Below are positions 5,793-7,316 of a stretch of 7,316 nucleotides of DNA, piece after piece; the first letter of the stretch is position 1, and each line of letters starts with the position of its first letter. The stretch is from the IMG/VR virus record IMGVR_UViG_2684622618_000023. One strand, 5' to 3'. Position numbers and translations under genes: made by a program. The notes under the pieces are model-generated. The model worked only from the letters and a program-made list of their open reading frames with translations. It was not told where the DNA came from and ran no database searches. The stretch comes from a virus. Lineage: Duplodnaviria; Heunggongvirae; Uroviricota; Caudoviricetes.

Positions 5793-5828
5793 CTATCTGC
5801 CTTTGGTGTTCATGCCCAAGGCAGATAG
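5793..5828. repeat. Inverted repeat, 11-bp arms (CTATCTGCCTT / AAGGCAGATAG) around a 14-nt spacer, in the non-coding region upstream of the MTase
   Basis: ctatctgcctt at 5793-5803 and aaggcagatag at 5818-5828 are exact reverse complements. No adjacent U-run on either strand, so not a classical intrinsic terminator. Confidence 0.6.
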
Positions 5829-5961
5829 CCTCAAGCACCCGCAGCAATTCTACTTAACTATCCTTTTCCCGCAAATCGTTTTTATCCCCAGCGGCAAATC
5901 GAATACACAACCAGCGCCACCGCCATCGCAATTCCTACCGTTGTGAATGCTTCAGGCCAGG

Positions 5962-6447
5962 TCATCGTGAAACATCCTCCACGCTTATAAGTCCGCTTCG
6001 CTCCAGGTAGTCCATCACTTTATCCGGCAATTTGCAGCCCGGTTTCGCTTTCTTCAGTTGACTAACCAATTGTTTAACCAGCATTGTCAATTCGCGAACT
6101 TGTTTCCCGGGCTCCCCTTTGCCCTGAAGCAGGGCAGCGCGGCAAGCGTTCCATCCCTCAGCATATGTTTCAGTTACACCATCGAGATGGCATGTAAGCA
6201 AATCCATTTCTTCCGGCACTACGGGCGCTGGAAAAACGGCATAGGGTGGCGTCCATTTTGGCGCTTTATCTCCAGCCGAACGCTGCTACCAGTCATCCGG
6301 TTTGTATTCATAAAAATCACCAACTGGCTCTGCTTCCAGCGATGCCAGCGCAATCCGTGCCAGTTCCATTTGTTCACCACGGGTAAGCCCGTTTTCAACC
6401 GGATTTTTAATGAACAATTCAATACGTTCTTTGGTAATAGTGGTCAT
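5962..6447 (-). pseudogene. Phage hypothetical gene with a single in-frame TAG (6288-6286); an intact reading would be about 161 aa. Alternatively two adjacent small ORFs
   Basis: Strong start: AAGGAG 6 nt upstream of ATG 6447-6445, giving MTTITKERIELFIKNPVENGLTRGEQMELARIALASLEAEPVGDFYEYKPDDW, then TAG. The same frame continues protein-like (QRSAGDKAPKW...EEMDLLTCHLDG...SGLISVEDVSR) to TGA at 5962. The downstream part has no convincing ribosome-binding site of its own (GTG 6219 or ATG 6207). Confidence 0.4.
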
Positions 6448-6457
6448 GTGTTACTCC

Positions 6458-6721
6458 TTAACCCGCAGTGCTTTCAACTGATGAGGGGAACAAAATCTTT
6501 TCATCAAACCCTGCATTCATATCATGAACAGCAACACACCAATCCATCGACGAACGATTATCAAGAGCCTCCATGATTTCATCCATGCGGCGTAGGTCAT
6601 ACAGGTAAATGCTTTTATCGCCAATGGTGTAAAAGCCAATTTTTTTCGGTGATGGACAGCGATCAAGAACTTCCTGTAATTCGTTCAACCATGCCCGTTC
6701 TTTTTTTGTCAAAGTTGCCAT
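6458..6721 (-). CDS. Hypothetical small phage protein, 87 aa
   Basis: ATG 6721-6719 preceded by AAGGA; 2 nt downstream of the previous gene's TGA. Its TAA stop (6460-6458) sits inside the ribosome-binding site of the next gene. Protein-like composition (MATLTKKERAWLNELQEVLDRCPSPKK...). Confidence 0.65.
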   Translation of the reverse strand: MATLTKKERAWLNELQEVLDRCPSPKKIGFYTIGDKSIYLYDLRRMDEIMEALDNRSSMDWCVAVHDMNAGFDEKILFPSSVESTAG

Positions 6722-6722
6722 A

Positions 6723-6941
6723 TCAGTTTTCCTTATACGGATTAATTTTATTGTGCAGTGCGCTGAATGATTCCCATGTCACATCGGTATATAGCTCAAT
6801 AACTGGTTCAAATGTCCTTCCAATTATCCAGACCAGTAATAGCGGGGATATCGGTATCATCAACACTATAAACAGAATGAAAAACAGAAACTCTGTTGTT
6901 CTGCTCTTTCGTGGGTAATTTTTTTCTAAATAATGTTTCAT
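6723..6941 (-). CDS. Small predicted single-pass membrane protein, 72 aa
   Basis: ATG 6941-6939; a hydrophobic stretch FLFFILFIVLMIPISPLLLVWIIG consistent with one transmembrane helix; tight packing with the downstream gene. Confidence 0.6.
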   Translation of the reverse strand: MKHYLEKNYPRKSRTTEFLFFILFIVLMIPISPLLLVWIIGRTFEPVIELYTDVTWESFSALHNKINPYKEN

Positions 6942-6947
6942 TTCTTA

Positions 6948-6963
6948 CCGCCCTTTCGGGCGG
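6948..6963 (-). promoter_or_regulatory. Stable GC hairpin with a GAAA tetraloop between an AGGAGG element and the start codon of the 72-aa gene
   Basis: Minus strand reads CAGGAGG-CCGCCC-GAAA-GGGCGG-TAAGAA-ATG: perfect 6-bp GC stem with a GNRA-type loop ending 6 nt before the ATG. Confidence 0.5.
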
Positions 6964-7068
6964 CCTCCTGATGTTCTGAGGGTGCAGGAATCCCTCCGGT
7001 TAAGGATTTAATAAAAATCGTTTCTGATTTAAATCTTCAGTATTTAGTTGTTAGTTGGTTTATCGCCT

Positions 7069-7316
7069 TTATGCTTCAGCCTTATTTCGCAACCAGACAC
7101 AAACCGGGCCATCTTCCGTATCATGAATGGAACCAATAAACCAGCCATCGCCCTCTGGTCGTTCCGGTTCCCATGCAGAAATATCAGCATCACACGCATC
7201 AAGGTCAGCACATCCTTCATCTCTGAAGCAGAGGACGTATTGAAGATTATTTTCCTCCATCCAGGCGTTAAACTCTTCCGTTGAAATATATTCCCGACCA
7301 TCACAGAATTTTTCAT
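7069..7316 (-). CDS. 3' part of a gene for a strongly acidic protein; 5' end lies beyond the right window edge
   Basis: The frame is open from the window edge to TAA at 7071-7069 (...EKFCDGREYISTEEFNAWMEENNLQYVLCFRDEGCADLDACDADISAWEPERPEGDGWFIGSIHDTEDGPVCVWLRNKAEA). About 25% Asp+Glu in the last 63 residues. The internal ATG at 7260 lacks a well-spaced ribosome-binding site, so the gene probably starts outside the window. Confidence 0.55.
   Translation of the reverse strand, partial: EKFCDGREYISTEEFNAWMEENNLQYVLCFRDEGCADLDACDADISAWEPERPEGDGWFIGSIHDTEDGPVCVWLRNKAEA

Noticed and set aside
5531-5961. Possible small protein gene or CRISPR-like repeats in the 430-bp non-coding stretch
   Set aside because: No ORF with a start context was found and no regularly spaced direct repeats; only isolated inverted repeats, which are reported separately.
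6219-6422. Minus-strand ORF 6219..6422
   Set aside because: Out-of-frame overlap with the amber-interrupted gene; Trp/Arg-rich sequence; no ribosome-binding site.
6058-6576. Plus-strand 172-aa ORF 6058..6576
   Set aside because: Antisense to the minus-strand phage genes, which have ribosome-binding sites and coupled starts; its translation is Phe/Trp/Arg-rich, typical of a shadow frame.
6649-6918. Plus-strand ORF 6649..6918
   Set aside because: Antisense to the 87-aa and 72-aa minus-strand genes; no start context.
7044-7316. Minus-strand 90-aa ORF 7044..7316 and plus-strand ORF 7048..7284
   Set aside because: The 90-aa ORF begins exactly at the window edge by coincidence and is an alternative frame of the acidic-protein gene, which is open to the edge. 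The plus-strand ORF is its antisense shadow.

Overview
This 7.3 kb window reads as part of a lambdoid (Stx-phage-like) prophage, with the phage genes on the minus strand. From right to left: a 5'-truncated acidic protein gene, two small genes, a gene interrupted by an in-frame TAG, then a ~3.5 kb strongly AT-rich cargo insert, then nin-region genes (DUF1367-like, YbcO/DUF1364-like), a Q-like antiterminator gene whose 3' end is lost in a 50-nt N-run, an intrinsic terminator and a tRNA(CAU) cut by the left edge. The cargo insert is the interesting part. It holds a GHKL/MORC-like ATPase gene and a translationally coupled 330-aa gene of no family I can recognise on the plus strand, converging on a complete C5-cytosine DNA methyltransferase gene on the minus strand with a 33-bp 3' overlap. 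I interpret this as a candidate restriction-modification-like defence module (GHKL ATPase + unknown effector + Dcm-type MTase) that I cannot match to a named system. That is inference from motifs and gene arrangement read by eye; no database search, HMM scan or fold prediction was possible here. Family names are from memory. No rRNA, CRISPR array, integrase or IS/transposase was seen.
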